Shown here piece after piece: positions 1-9,343 of a DNA stretch of 64,000 nucleotides. Below the pieces are notes generated by a model. The model did not search any database and was not told where the DNA came from. It was given only the letters and a program-made list of their open reading frames with translations. The stretch comes from Myxococcales bacterium (GTDB lineage: Bacteria; Myxococcota; B64-G9): contig JAAZNF010000118.1 in NCBI GenBank assembly GCA_012798435.1, positions 1-64,000 on the forward strand, in the 5' to 3' direction. Positions within the stretch are counted from its first letter, which is position 1. The number at the start of each line of letters is the position of its first letter. Made by a program: the position numbers and the translations under genes.

Positions 1-134
1 ACTACAAGCCGCGGCTCACCCAGTGCTTCGGAGATGGGCTGGCGCTCCCGGAGCCGGTCCGGCTCACCATCGGGGAGCGAAGCCTGCGCTTCACCGGCCC
101 GACGCTCGCCCTGGAGGGGAGCGACGCGGAGCTG

Positions 135-917
135 GTGCTCGGGGTGATGGGCGCCGTCAAGGATTTCTCCCCCGAGACCCGGCGGGCGCTCGACGTCTTC
201 CTCAAGGGCTTTGCCGACGCCGACGTCGATGTGCTGGTGTTGGCGGGAGACATCGCCGGCAGCGAGTATGAGCAGGCCCAGATCCTGCAGTACGTGGCCC
301 GTGCGGGCCTGCCGGTGTTGTGCCTCATCGGAAACTCCGAGAGCCGCTCGGCCTTCAACCGGGCGGTGCTGGTCGCCTCGAAGGTGGCCCACAACCTGGT
401 GAACTTCGATCTCATTCGTCGGGTGGAGTGGGACCGCGTCACCCTGGTCTCGCTGCCCGGCTACCACGACCGGCGCTTCGTCCACCAGTCCGCCGGCTGC
501 GCCTACCAGGCCGCCGAGTTGCAGGCGCTGCGCCGCATCATGGACCCGCCGCGCGGCACGATGGTCTTGGTGGGGCACGGCCCCCCCAAGGGGAAGGGCA
601 AGCGCGCCCTGGATCTCGCGGTGGAGGCCGGCAACGTGGGGGACCCGGCGCTGCACAAGTTCATGTCCGAGCACGACGTCCGTTTTGGCATCTTCTCCCA
701 CATCCTGGAGGCGGGGGGACAGGCCGTGGATCCCGCTGGTGCCCCGGTCGCGCCCGGCGCCTGGGTCGAACGGCTGTGGCTCAACGCCGGCTCGGCCAAC
801 CCGCTGCCGTGGCAGCTCAACGACGGACGGACCGTATGCGGCTTGGCGGCGGTGGTCCGCTTCAAGGAGGGGCGGGGCTCGTACCGCCTGTTGGAGAACC
901 CCTGCGGCAAGAAGTGA
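135..917 (+). CDS. Calcineurin-like metallophosphoesterase. The reading frame is open to the window start, so the true start may lie upstream.
   Basis: The ORF track gives a 260-aa product. It has a GD/GNxE-like layout (LVLAGDIAG ... LIGNSE ... GHGPP) typical of metallophosphatases. GTG start. Confidence 0.55.
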   Translation: MLGVMGAVKDFSPETRRALDVFLKGFADADVDVLVLAGDIAGSEYEQAQILQYVARAGLPVLCLIGNSESRSAFNRAVLVASKVAHNLVNFDLIRRVEWDRVTLVSLPGYHDRRFVHQSAGCAYQAAELQALRRIMDPPRGTMVLVGHGPPKGKGKRALDLAVEAGNVGDPALHKFMSEHDVRFGIFSHILEAGGQAVDPAGAPVAPGAWVERLWLNAGSANPLPWQLNDGRTVCGLAAVVRFKEGRGSYRLLENPCGKK

Positions 918-961
918 CAGGACCCCTTCGTTTGCACCCGACTACGCGCGTCTCATCTCCT

Positions 962-2233
962 ATGACGCTCGTCATCGACGGCATCTCCGACCGGGCCGAG
1001 GGGGTGGGCCGAGAAGGCGGGCGAGCTGTCTTCGTCCCCTTCGCCATCCCCGGCGAGCGGGTGACGGTGGCCGAAGCGAGCCGTTCCCGCCGGCGTTCGG
1101 CCCGGTTGCTCCGGGTCGATGCGCCGTCTCCGGATCGAGTGACACCGGACTGCCGGGTGTTCGGCGAGTGTGGCGGCTGCCAGCTTCGCCACGTGCGCTA
1201 CCCGGCCCAGTTGGCCCTCAAGGCGCGCATCCTGCAAGACGCGCTGCGAACGGTGGCCCGGCTCGAGGCGGGGCCGATCGAGGTGGCTCCCTCGCCGCGC
1301 ACGCTCGGCTACCGCAATCACGTTCGGGTGCGTGTCGAAGCGGGACCGGACGGAGGCGCACGGTTCGGGTTCTTCGGCGAGGAGAGCCGGCGGCTGGTCC
1401 CCTTCGAGCGCTGCCAACTCATGCCGGAGCCGTTCCTCCCAGCGCTGGAGGCGTTGCGTGAGCCGCTCGGCCGTTTGGCTCGTCGCCGGCGCCTCGCGGG
1501 AGAGGTGTGGCTGCGGCACGCCGAGAATACCGGTGAAACCTTGGTCACCCTGGTCGGGCTTCTCCCCGGTGATGGCGTCGAGGCCTTGGCGGCCGTGCCC
1601 GGGATGTGCGGCGTGCTCCACAAGCCTTCCAGTCGGGAGCGCCCGGCGGCTCGGCCGCTGTGGGGGAAGGATCACCTCGTCGAGGAAGCGCTGGGCGTAC
1701 GTTTCTCGCTGCGCGCGGAGTCGTTCTTCCAGGTGAACACGCCCCAGGCGCGGGCGCTGTTCTCCCGGGTCGTGTCTCTCGCGGGCCGACCCGCGGGGCC
1801 GATAGTGGACGCCTACTGTGGTGTCGGGGTGCTGGCTCGTCTTTTGGCCGCGCGAGGATGGCGGGCGGTCGGCATCGAACTTCAGCATGACACGGTGGAG
1901 TGGGCGCGCCGGGACGCATCCGCCGATCCGCAGCCGGTCGAGTTCATCGCCGGGGCGGTGGAGGAGGCGCTGCCGCGGCTGGTGAAAGAGGGGCTGCGGC
2001 CCGCCGCGGCCATCCTGGATCCGCCGCGCGCCGGCTGCCACGAGCGGGTGCTCGATTCGCTACGGCAAGCCGAGGTCCGCCGGCTCATCATGGTGAGCTG
2101 CCATCCCGGCACGCTGGCGCGCGACCTGCATCGGCTCTTCGGACGCGGCTACCGGCTTGGGGGTATCGAGGCCTTCGACATGTTCCCGCACACCGCGCAC
2201 CTGGAATGCCTGGCAACCCTCGACCTGGGTTGA
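962..2233 (+). CDS. rlmD: 23S rRNA (uracil-5-)-methyltransferase, RlmD/RumA family (TRAM domain, Fe-S Cys cluster, SAM-dependent methyltransferase fold).
   Basis: An internal Met at residue 215 of ORF 320..2233 begins a TRAM-like N-terminus (MTLVIDGISDRAEG...VTVAEA). It carries a CRVFGECGGCQLRH Cys cluster and ends with a methyltransferase fold (DAYCGVGV ... ILDPPRAGC). The 214 aa upstream are Pro/Arg/Gly-rich and look like a high-GC frame artefact. Confidence 0.8.
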   Translation: MTLVIDGISDRAEGVGREGGRAVFVPFAIPGERVTVAEASRSRRRSARLLRVDAPSPDRVTPDCRVFGECGGCQLRHVRYPAQLALKARILQDALRTVARLEAGPIEVAPSPRTLGYRNHVRVRVEAGPDGGARFGFFGEESRRLVPFERCQLMPEPFLPALEALREPLGRLARRRRLAGEVWLRHAENTGETLVTLVGLLPGDGVEALAAVPGMCGVLHKPSSRERPAARPLWGKDHLVEEALGVRFSLRAESFFQVNTPQARALFSRVVSLAGRPAGPIVDAYCGVGVLARLLAARGWRAVGIELQHDTVEWARRDASADPQPVEFIAGAVEEALPRLVKEGLRPAAAILDPPRAGCHERVLDSLRQAEVRRLIMVSCHPGTLARDLHRLFGRGYRLGGIEAFDMFPHTAHLECLATLDLG

Positions 2234-2328
2234 GCCGCGCCGCGGAAATTGAGTATCTTGCGCGACTGCCCCGGCCGGCGAACGTGTGTCCCGCAATGGG
2301 CTCCTGCCGGCCATGGATTCACCCGCTG

Positions 2329-3471
2329 CTACGCCCTCGGCCACGACAGCAGGAACACCGTTCCCGCGGGGGAGAGCTTCTCCACCTTGATGGCCGCGCC
2401 CGCCCGCACCAGGAGATGGAACGCCAGGGCCGGTTCCAGCATGAATGCCATGCGGCCCGAGACCTCCGAGCTGGAAGACACCCGCGGGTCGAATATCCGT
2501 TGGCGCTCCTGCTCGTCTAGCTGCAACGAGTCGTGCTCGATGGCCAGGACGACCGATGGCTCCTGCACGCGGAGGGCGACCCGGGCGACTTGCTGCGGAT
2601 CTTTTTTCAGTTCGATGATGGCTTGTATCAAAAAATAGAGGCCCTCGCGCAGTTCTTCGCTCGAGGACATGACAAGGGCTTCCGGCGGTCGCTCCCACTG
2701 CCAGGCGAAGGAGGAAGACCGCTCCTGCTTGACCTTCTCCAGCACGCTGTCGACGATCCCGGCCAGGTCCAGGCGCTGGCGGGGGGGCGCCAGTTGGAGC
2801 TGCTCCATCTTCGAAAACGCCTGGGTGATACTCTGGATCCTGCGCAGGCCATCATGCATTTCGCCGAGCAGCGCCGGCAAGTCCTCGAAGATCTCCTCCA
2901 GCCGCGCGGAGGGCGACGTCGGATTACCCGGCGGCGCGCCCGCTGCCAGGGACGTCTGGTGGCGGATCTCCGCCACATACTCGCGCAGAGAGTTCGTGTT
3001 GGACATCAAGAAGCCGAGCGGGTTGTTGAGCTCATGGGCCAGCCCGCCGGCCAAGCGGCCAACCAACGAGAGTTTTTCGGCGATGACCAGTTGTTGCTGG
3101 GTGTCTTTCAGGCGGGAGAGGCTGTCAGCGAGCTGCCGGTTGGCCTCGCTCAACTCCCGGGTGCGCAGGGCCACCTGCTCTTCCAGTGTGGCGGAATGTC
3201 TCAAAAGCACTCCGATGACCCTCTTGTTCATGCTCAGGACCAAGGCCACGAAAAACGCGCCCAGCATGAAGATGAGACTGGAGACCTCGATGAGCCACGA
3301 GGTGTTGTCCAGGAACACGAAGACGAGCGTCAGCGCATCACCGACCAGGAAGATGACGATCAGCCCCACCATGGCCGACCAGGATCTCCGGTATCCCGCG
3401 GTGGCGGCGGGCCTCGACATCCCCGCCGCCATCCAGGTCGCACCGGCCATGATCATGGTGCCGATCGTCAA
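2329..3471 (-). CDS. Membrane sensor histidine kinase (HisKA + HATPase_c).
   Basis: N-terminal hydrophobic segments, then an H-box (LAHELNNPLGFL). C-terminal ATPase region. The true start may be an internal Met. Confidence 0.7.
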   Translation of the reverse strand: MTIGTMIMAGATWMAAGMSRPAATAGYRRSWSAMVGLIVIFLVGDALTLVFVFLDNTSWLIEVSSLIFMLGAFFVALVLSMNKRVIGVLLRHSATLEEQVALRTRELSEANRQLADSLSRLKDTQQQLVIAEKLSLVGRLAGGLAHELNNPLGFLMSNTNSLREYVAEIRHQTSLAAGAPPGNPTSPSARLEEIFEDLPALLGEMHDGLRRIQSITQAFSKMEQLQLAPPRQRLDLAGIVDSVLEKVKQERSSSFAWQWERPPEALVMSSSEELREGLYFLIQAIIELKKDPQQVARVALRVQEPSVVLAIEHDSLQLDEQERQRIFDPRVSSSSEVSGRMAFMLEPALAFHLLVRAGAAIKVEKLSPAGTVFLLSWPRA

Positions 3472-3681
3472 GAAAACCAGGTCGAGATGTCTATCCAGCG
3501 GACCTCCTCAGCCTGAGCGTTCGCTCGTGGCCCGCGCTCCTTCCGAAAACGTCCCGGTCGCCGCTGGTGACTGGTGAGGATCGCGGTGAGGATCGCCAGG
3601 GACAGGAAAACGAGTCGATTAATAGTCAAGGATCCCCAGGAGATCAAACCGGAACCCCTCGGGGAGAGTGCGGCGCGCAAG

Positions 3682-5091
3682 TCAACCGAAGTACTGCGCC
3701 CCCGAGGCCACCACCAGCGCCTCCTCGCGGCTGCCCTGGCCCAGCAGGGCCCGGGCGGCGCGCAGGCCCATGTCGACCGAGTGATCCATGTTGTTGTAGC
3801 GGAAGAGCGCCGAGCGCCCGATGGGCAGGAGGTTGGAGATAGAGGCCGCGAAGCGCAGCACCGCCTCCACCCGCTCCTTGTAGCCGATGTCGTAGATGGG
3901 GTAGCACTCGGGTGCGCGGATGGTGCGCACCGCCAGGATCTCCTCGGGGCGGATGGCGGCGAACCCCAGGTTCAGCAGGTCCTGCCGCACCTTGGCGGAG
4001 AGCTCCTCGTCGCCCATGCGCCAGATCTCGTCGCCCACCGCGCAGGTGACCTCGGCGCACACCACGGTCTTCTGCGGCGGCGCGTTGTGCTCGGAGAAGT
4101 TGCGCGACTCGCACAGGCGGTTGGACAGGAAGCGGTTCTCAGGCAGGTAGATCCAGTGGTCGTCGGAGAGGGAAGGCCGGTCCAAGAACAGGTACACGAA
4201 CACGATGGCCCGGAAGGTGAGGGCGGCGGCGGCACGCCGGGCCTCCAACGGGGCCTGCTCGCCGAGGAAGCGTGTAAAGTCGGTAATGGGCAGGGTGGAG
4301 ATCACCTCGTCGGCCGAGAAGCTCTCCCCCCCGGCGCGCACGCTGGTGACCCGGCCATTCTCCAGGCGGATGGCCTCCACCGGGCAGGCGCAGCGCACCG
4401 TCCCCCCGAGGCGCTCGACCTCGGCGGCCATGGTGCGGGCGATGCGCCCGATGCCTCCCGTGCGCGGGTAGTGGAACGAGGAGGCGTAGGTGCGCGGCTG
4501 GTCGCCGCGCTTCCATACCGACTTTACGAAGGTGTCCCACAGCGACAACAGGCTGATGCGCTGGCTGGCCCAGTCGGCGGAGATGGTGGCGCAGGGGATG
4601 CCCCAGGCCTTCTCGGTGTACTGCTGGAAGAAGATGCGGTACAGGGTGGCCCCGAAGCGCGACACCACCCAGTCCTCGAACGAGCGATCGGGGCTCTTCC
4701 GCACCAGGTACCGGGCCTTGGCGGCGCCGTAGTCCAGCAGGATGCGGGCGGTGGTGAGCGGCGGCATGGAGAAGATGGCGTTGCCCACCCGTAGCGGGTA
4801 GTGGAAGAACCGGCCCTTGAGAAAAATGCGGCTGCGTCGATCCCGCTGGGTCAGGTCGCCGCCGAGGAGCTCGCCGAGCTCCCGGATCAGCTCGGGCTGC
4901 TGCGAGAAGAGCCGGTGCGGCCCGAAGTCGAAGGTGAAGCCGTCCTGGGAGAACGAGCGGGCCAGGCCCCCGACCTCGGATTCGCGCTCCAGGACCGTGA
5001 CCCGCAGACCGGCCCGGGCGCACCCGAGGGCGCAGCTCATGCCGGCCAGACCGCCGCCGAGGATGAGGATGTGTTTTCCCATGCGGCGCAT
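3682..5091 (-). CDS. NAD(P)/FAD-dependent oxidoreductase, amine-oxidase / phytoene-desaturase-like superfamily.
   Basis: Rossmann dinucleotide motif at the N-terminus (MGKHILILGGGLAGMSCAL...LERESEVGGL). Start placed at MRRMGKH, residue 133 of ORF 3682..5487. The long Pro/Arg-rich extension upstream is rejected. Confidence 0.7.
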   Translation of the reverse strand: MRRMGKHILILGGGLAGMSCALGCARAGLRVTVLERESEVGGLARSFSQDGFTFDFGPHRLFSQQPELIRELGELLGGDLTQRDRRSRIFLKGRFFHYPLRVGNAIFSMPPLTTARILLDYGAAKARYLVRKSPDRSFEDWVVSRFGATLYRIFFQQYTEKAWGIPCATISADWASQRISLLSLWDTFVKSVWKRGDQPRTYASSFHYPRTGGIGRIARTMAAEVERLGGTVRCACPVEAIRLENGRVTSVRAGGESFSADEVISTLPITDFTRFLGEQAPLEARRAAAALTFRAIVFVYLFLDRPSLSDDHWIYLPENRFLSNRLCESRNFSEHNAPPQKTVVCAEVTCAVGDEIWRMGDEELSAKVRQDLLNLGFAAIRPEEILAVRTIRAPECYPIYDIGYKERVEAVLRFAASISNLLPIGRSALFRYNNMDHSVDMGLRAARALLGQGSREEALVVASGAQYFG

Positions 5092-5184
5092 GCTAGTCGC
5101 GCCGGCTTGCCGAGTCAAACATCGCCGCGCGGGTTTACAGGCTGGGCCGCCTCTGGTATAGGGCGAGGGAGGAGGCGAGCACCC

Positions 5185-5433
5185 ATGTCGCGCCGGGCGA
5201 TGGTGCTGGCGGCTTTTCTTCTGTGGGGGTGCGGTCCGGCCCTGCCCGAGCGGCCCGTCGAGCCCCTGCGCGTCGTGCTGGAGGACGTCCGCATCCAGCG
5301 CAGCCGCGGCACCGAGGTGTTTTTTCGGGGCCGGGCCGATCGCGCGGAGATGGCGCTCGACGGGCAGGGGATCGCGTTCTCGGGTGGGATCCGGGCCTGG
5401 TTTTCCGGCGCCCTGTGGAGGGAGCGGCCGTGA
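5185..5433 (+). CDS. Small LptC-like exported protein (82 aa, signal or lipoprotein-like N-terminus) immediately upstream of lptA.
   Basis: Internal Met of ORF 4801..5433 (MSRRAMVLAAFLLWGCGP...). Sits in the lptC slot of the conserved lptC-lptA-lptB-rpoN order, but is much shorter than canonical LptC. Confidence 0.4.
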   Translation: MSRRAMVLAAFLLWGCGPALPERPVEPLRVVLEDVRIQRSRGTEVFFRGRADRAEMALDGQGIAFSGGIRAWFSGALWRERP

Positions 5434-5942
5434 GAGCCTGTTGGGCCATGTTCGCCGGGGTATGGGCCCTGGCCTCGACCGCCGCATCCACCGCCCAGGA
5501 GAAAAAACTCCCGAAGCAGCCGGTGGAGATCCGCGCCGAGCGGCTGCGGGTCGAGCAGAAGGAGCGCCGGGCGGTGTTCGAGGAGGCGGTGGAGGCGCGC
5601 CAGGGAACTCTGACCGTGCGCTGCCGGCGGCTGGAGGTGAGCTACGCCGGCGAGAAGGACCGCCGCGCCCGCGCGGGCGAGATCTTGTTGATGCAGTTCT
5701 CGGGCGAGGTGGAGATCGAGCAGGGCGAGCGGCGCGGGCACTGCCAGCAGGCCAGCTACGATCGCCCGGCCGGGATCCTGGTGTGCACCGGCGATCCCTG
5801 GGTCACCGAGGGGCCGAACCGCATCGCCGGCGAGCGCATCGAGTACCTGCTCGAGGCGGGCGAGGTGCGGGTGCAACGCCCGCGGGCCGTGATACGGGTG
5901 GAGGACACAGCGCCGTCGCATCCAGAGGGAAAGCGGCCGTGA
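5430..5942 (+). CDS. lptA: LptA / OstA-like periplasmic LPS transport protein.
   Basis: Signal peptide (MFAGVWALASTAASTAQ) followed by an OstA-like beta-jellyroll sequence. GTG start overlaps the stop of the preceding gene. An alternative ATG start is at 5448. Confidence 0.65.
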   Translation: MRACWAMFAGVWALASTAASTAQEKKLPKQPVEIRAERLRVEQKERRAVFEEAVEARQGTLTVRCRRLEVSYAGEKDRRARAGEILLMQFSGEVEIEQGERRGHCQQASYDRPAGILVCTGDPWVTEGPNRIAGERIEYLLEAGEVRVQRPRAVIRVEDTAPSHPEGKRP

Positions 5943-6676
5943 GCGGTGATGCCGTCAGGCTGGTGGCGCGGGAGCTTCGCAAGGCCTTCCGTGGGCGGGT
6001 AGTGGTGGACGGCGTGAGCCTGGAGGTGGCACCGGGGGAGATCGTCGGCCTGCTGGGGCCGAACGGCGCCGGCAAGACCACCTGCTTCAACATGTTGATG
6101 GGCCTGCTGCGGGCCGACGCCGGACGGGTGCTGCTGGGCGAGCGTGACATCACCGGCTGGCCCATGCACCGGCGGGCCCGGGCGGGAATCGGCTACCTGT
6201 CGCAGGACCCATCGGTGTTCCGCCGCCTCTCGGTGCGCGACAACCTGCGCCTGTACCTGGAGGCGGCCGGGGTCGAGGGGGAGGAGGCCGTGCGACGGGT
6301 ACGCGAGGCGCTGCGGGAGTTCGACCTGGAGCGCATCGAGGACAGCCTGGCCCGCGCCTTGTCGGGCGGCGAACGACGGCGGCTGGAGATCGCCCGGGCC
6401 ACCATCCAGCGCCCGAGCTTCTTGCTGCTCGACGAGCCGTTTTCGGGGATCGATCCGCTGGCGGTGGAGGAGATCCGGCGACAGGTGCTCTCCCTCTCCG
6501 CGCGCGGGGTGGGGGTGCTGCTTACCGATCACAACGTCAGGGAAACCTTGTCAACCTGCCAAAGAGCATATATCGTCAAGGACGGCCGCATCATCGAGGC
6601 CGGCCGCCCGGAGGCCATCGCCCGGAGCGAGCGGGCCCGGAGCGCGTACCTGGGAGAGAGCTTCCGCTTGGAGTGA
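5939..6676 (+). CDS. lptB: LPS export ABC transporter ATP-binding protein LptB.
   Basis: Walker A (GPNGAGKTT), ABC signature (LSGGERRRLEIARA) and Walker B (LLLDEPFSGID). GTG start overlaps the lptA stop. Directly upstream of rpoN. Confidence 0.9.
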   Translation: MSGDAVRLVARELRKAFRGRVVVDGVSLEVAPGEIVGLLGPNGAGKTTCFNMLMGLLRADAGRVLLGERDITGWPMHRRARAGIGYLSQDPSVFRRLSVRDNLRLYLEAAGVEGEEAVRRVREALREFDLERIEDSLARALSGGERRRLEIARATIQRPSFLLLDEPFSGIDPLAVEEIRRQVLSLSARGVGVLLTDHNVRETLSTCQRAYIVKDGRIIEAGRPEAIARSERARSAYLGESFRLE

Positions 6677-8223
6677 GCATCGCCATGACCGAGCTCAAGC
6701 AGTCGCTGTCGCTGAAGCAGACGTTGCAACTGGTGATGACGCCCCAGTTGCAGCAGGCCATCAAGCTCTTGCAGCTCTCGCGCCTGGAGCTCTCCGAGGT
6801 GGTCCACCAGGAGATGCTGGAGAACCCCGTCCTGGAGGAGAGCCCGGAGGCCCCGGAGGCTGAGCCCCCGGAGAACACCGCCGAGGCCGAGGCGCTGACC
6901 CCTCCCACCGCCGACGAGCGCGAGGCCTCCGCCACGGAGCGCGTGGCCGAGCGCATGGAGCGCAGCGAGAAGCCCGAGGAGGTCAAGGGCGCCGATGGCC
7001 TCAACCAGGACATCGACTGGGAGAAGTACCTGGAGGACCTCGACTCGCAGCCCGGCCTGCCGGGGACGCGCACTCCGCCTTCCTCGGACGAGCTGCCCTC
7101 GTTCGAGAACCAGCTCGTCCGCCGCACCTCGCTCACCGACCACCTGATGTGGCAGCTGCGCATGTCCAACCTGTCGGAGTCGGATCAGCGCATCGGCGCC
7201 GAGATCATCCTGGAGCTCAACGAGGATGGCTACCTGGTGGCCGACGACGAGGACCGGCTGGCCGGGCGCAGCCCGATCTCGATCATCGCCGGGCGCCTGT
7301 CCGTGCCCGAAGCCGAGGTGGAGCGGGTGCTGTCGCACCTGCAGGGGTTCGACCCGGTGGGCGTGGCCGCCCGCGACCTGCGGGAGTCGCTGCTGATCCA
7401 GGCCCGCCTGCTGGGCATCGAAAACGGGCTGGTGTACGCCATCATCGAATCCCACCTGCCGGAGGTGGAGCGCAAGAACTACCCCGCCATCGCCCGTGCC
7501 CTCAAGGTGACCACCGAGCAGGTGGTGGAGGCGGTGCGCCTGATCGGGCAGCTCGAGCCCAAGCCGGGCCGGGTGTACAGCGAGGACGAGCCGCAGTACA
7601 TCACCCCGGACATCTTCGTGTACAAGCTGGCCGACGAGTACGTGGTGGTCCTCAACGAGGACGGGCTGCCCAAGCTGCGCATCAGCCCCTACTACCGCCG
7701 CGCGCTGCAGAACTCCGGGCCGCGCGGGGAGACCCGGGACTACATCCAGGACAAGCTGCGCTCGGCCATCTGGCTCATCCGCAGCATCCACCAGCGGCAG
7801 CGCACCATCTACCGGGTCACCGAGAGCATCGTGAAGTTCCAGCGCGAGTTCTTCGACAAGGGCATCTCCCACCTCAAACCGCTGGTGCTGCGGGACGTGG
7901 CCGAGGATCTGGGGCTGCACGAGTCCACCATCTCGCGGGTCACCACCAACAAGTTCGTGCACACCCCCCAGGGGATCTACGAGCTCAAGTTCTTCTTCAA
8001 CTCGGGCATCAGCCGGGTGGTGGGCGAGGACGTGGCCTCCGAGACCGTCAAGGAGAAGATCCGCCAGATGTGCGCCGCCGAGGATCCCAAGAACCCGTTG
8101 TCCGACCGAGAGATCGGCGATCGTCTGCGCGAGCAGAACATCAACATCGCACGCCGCACCGTGGCCAAGTACCGGGAGCTGCTGGACATCCTGCCGTCCA
8201 GCAAGCGCCGCAAGCTGTACTGA
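6673..8223 (+). CDS. rpoN: RNA polymerase sigma-54 factor RpoN.
   Basis: Gln/Leu-rich region I (LKQSLSLKQTLQLVMTPQLQQAIKLLQLSRLEL) and an acidic region II. C-terminal RpoN box (ARRTVAKYRE). Confidence 0.95.
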   Translation: MSIAMTELKQSLSLKQTLQLVMTPQLQQAIKLLQLSRLELSEVVHQEMLENPVLEESPEAPEAEPPENTAEAEALTPPTADEREASATERVAERMERSEKPEEVKGADGLNQDIDWEKYLEDLDSQPGLPGTRTPPSSDELPSFENQLVRRTSLTDHLMWQLRMSNLSESDQRIGAEIILELNEDGYLVADDEDRLAGRSPISIIAGRLSVPEAEVERVLSHLQGFDPVGVAARDLRESLLIQARLLGIENGLVYAIIESHLPEVERKNYPAIARALKVTTEQVVEAVRLIGQLEPKPGRVYSEDEPQYITPDIFVYKLADEYVVVLNEDGLPKLRISPYYRRALQNSGPRGETRDYIQDKLRSAIWLIRSIHQRQRTIYRVTESIVKFQREFFDKGISHLKPLVLRDVAEDLGLHESTISRVTTNKFVHTPQGIYELKFFFNSGISRVVGEDVASETVKEKIRQMCAAEDPKNPLSDREIGDRLREQNINIARRTVAKYRELLDILPSSKRRKLY

Positions 8224-8276
8224 AGAGAAGCGAACCGCACCGGGCCTATGCCCATAACCCTTCTGGAGGACATGCC

Positions 8277-8831
8277 ATGCAGATTTCGGTGACGTTCCGC
8301 AACATGGAGCCGAGCGACGCGCTGAAGGCCTACGCCACGGAGAAGATCGAACGGCTCAAGAAATACCTGGACACCCCCACCGACGTCCAGGTGGTGCTGT
8401 CCAAGCACAAGTACAGAAACAGCGCCGAGGTCAAGATGGTGACCCGGGGCATCGTGATGGCCGGCAGCGAGAACACCGAGGACATGTACAGCAGCATCGA
8501 CTTGGTGGTCGACAAGATCGAGCGCCAGGCTCGCAAGTACAAGGACAAGTTGCGCGCCTACAAGCCCACCTCGCTGGGCGAGGAGGTGCGGGTGCGCTAC
8601 GAGGTGCTCGAGCAGGCCCCCGCCGAGGAGGACCGCGGCCCGCGCATCATCGAGAGCCAGGAGATCTCGGCCAAGCCCATGTCGGTGGAGGAGGCCGTGA
8701 TGCAGATGGATCTCATGAACAACGACTTTCTGGTCTTCACCAACGCCGGCACCCGCGACGTGAACGTGGTGTACCGGCGCAAGGACGGCAACATCGGCCT
8801 CATCGAGGCCAAGTCATCACGCGAGGAGTGA
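8277..8831 (+). CDS. hpf: Ribosome hibernation promoting factor, long form (HPF/YfiA N-terminal domain plus C-terminal dimerisation extension).
   Basis: Internal Met (MQISVTFRNMEPSDALKAYATEKIERL...) at residue 377 of ORF 7149..8831. Typical position after rpoN. Confidence 0.9.
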   Translation: MQISVTFRNMEPSDALKAYATEKIERLKKYLDTPTDVQVVLSKHKYRNSAEVKMVTRGIVMAGSENTEDMYSSIDLVVDKIERQARKYKDKLRAYKPTSLGEEVRVRYEVLEQAPAEEDRGPRIIESQEISAKPMSVEEAVMQMDLMNNDFLVFTNAGTRDVNVVYRRKDGNIGLIEAKSSREE

Positions 8832-9337
8832 GGGTCTTCCTGCCGGCGCAAGGAGCGGTGGCGGCCGTGCCCGACATTCGCATCTCGGCCATCCTGGATC
8901 CGCGGGACGTGGTGGACGGCTTGCAGGCTGGCACCAAGCGGGAGGTGCTGGAGGCGCTGGCCGGCCGCTTGCAGCAGAACCACCCCGAACTGGACCGCCA
9001 GCGGGTGCTGGACATCCTGCTGCGGCGCGAGGAGCTGCGCTCCACCGGCATCGAGTCCGGGGTGGCCTTCCCCCACGGGCGGGTGCCGGGGCTGGCCGAC
9101 CTGCGGGCGGCCTTCGGGCGCAGCCGGCAAGGGGTGGACTTCGACGCCTTCGACCAGCGGCCCACCCACTTCTTCGTGGTGCTGCTCATCCCCGAGCACG
9201 GCGAGGGGGTTCACCTGCGGGCGCTGGCCCGGCTCAATCGCATGTTCCAGGACGAGACCTTCCGGCGCCGGCTGCTGGAGGCGCCCGACGAGGCGGCCTT
9301 GTTTTCGGCCATCCAGGATCAGGAACAGAGGTTGTGA
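8828..9337 (+). CDS. ptsN: Nitrogen-PTS EIIA(Ntr) protein PtsN.
   Basis: PTS EIIA type-2 fold with a conserved His region (GIESGVAFPHGRV). The start codon is uncertain, with alternative GTG starts at 8858 and 8867. Confidence 0.8.
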   Translation: MRVFLPAQGAVAAVPDIRISAILDPRDVVDGLQAGTKREVLEALAGRLQQNHPELDRQRVLDILLRREELRSTGIESGVAFPHGRVPGLADLRAAFGRSRQGVDFDAFDQRPTHFFVVLLIPEHGEGVHLRALARLNRMFQDETFRRRLLEAPDEAALFSAIQDQEQRL

Positions 9338-9343
9338 AAGTCC

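Noticed and set aside
320-961. N-terminal extensions in the supplied ORF track: 320..961 ahead of RlmD, 5092..5487 ahead of the FAD oxidoreductase, 9334..10302 ahead of RapZ, 10599..11204 ahead of HPr, and 46939..47247 ahead of the hydrogenase protease.
   Set aside because: The extensions are low-complexity and overlap the upstream gene or a repeat element. The homologous domain begins at an internal Met or Val with sensible spacing to the neighbouring gene. Starts were trimmed accordingly.
953-2041. Long antisense ORFs opposite confirmed genes, for example 953..2041 (-), 6529..7962 (-), 14556..16340 (+), 17988..20492 (+), 22952..24091 (-), 24383..26692 (-), 35498..37837 (+), 42020..45250 (+), 47378..49858 (+), 50341..52092 (+) and 56738..59359 (+).
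   Set aside because: These are shadow ORFs expected at about 70% GC. Their translations are Arg/Ala/Gly/Pro-rich low-complexity strings with no motifs. Each sits opposite a gene with strong family-level motifs, so I treat them as non-coding.
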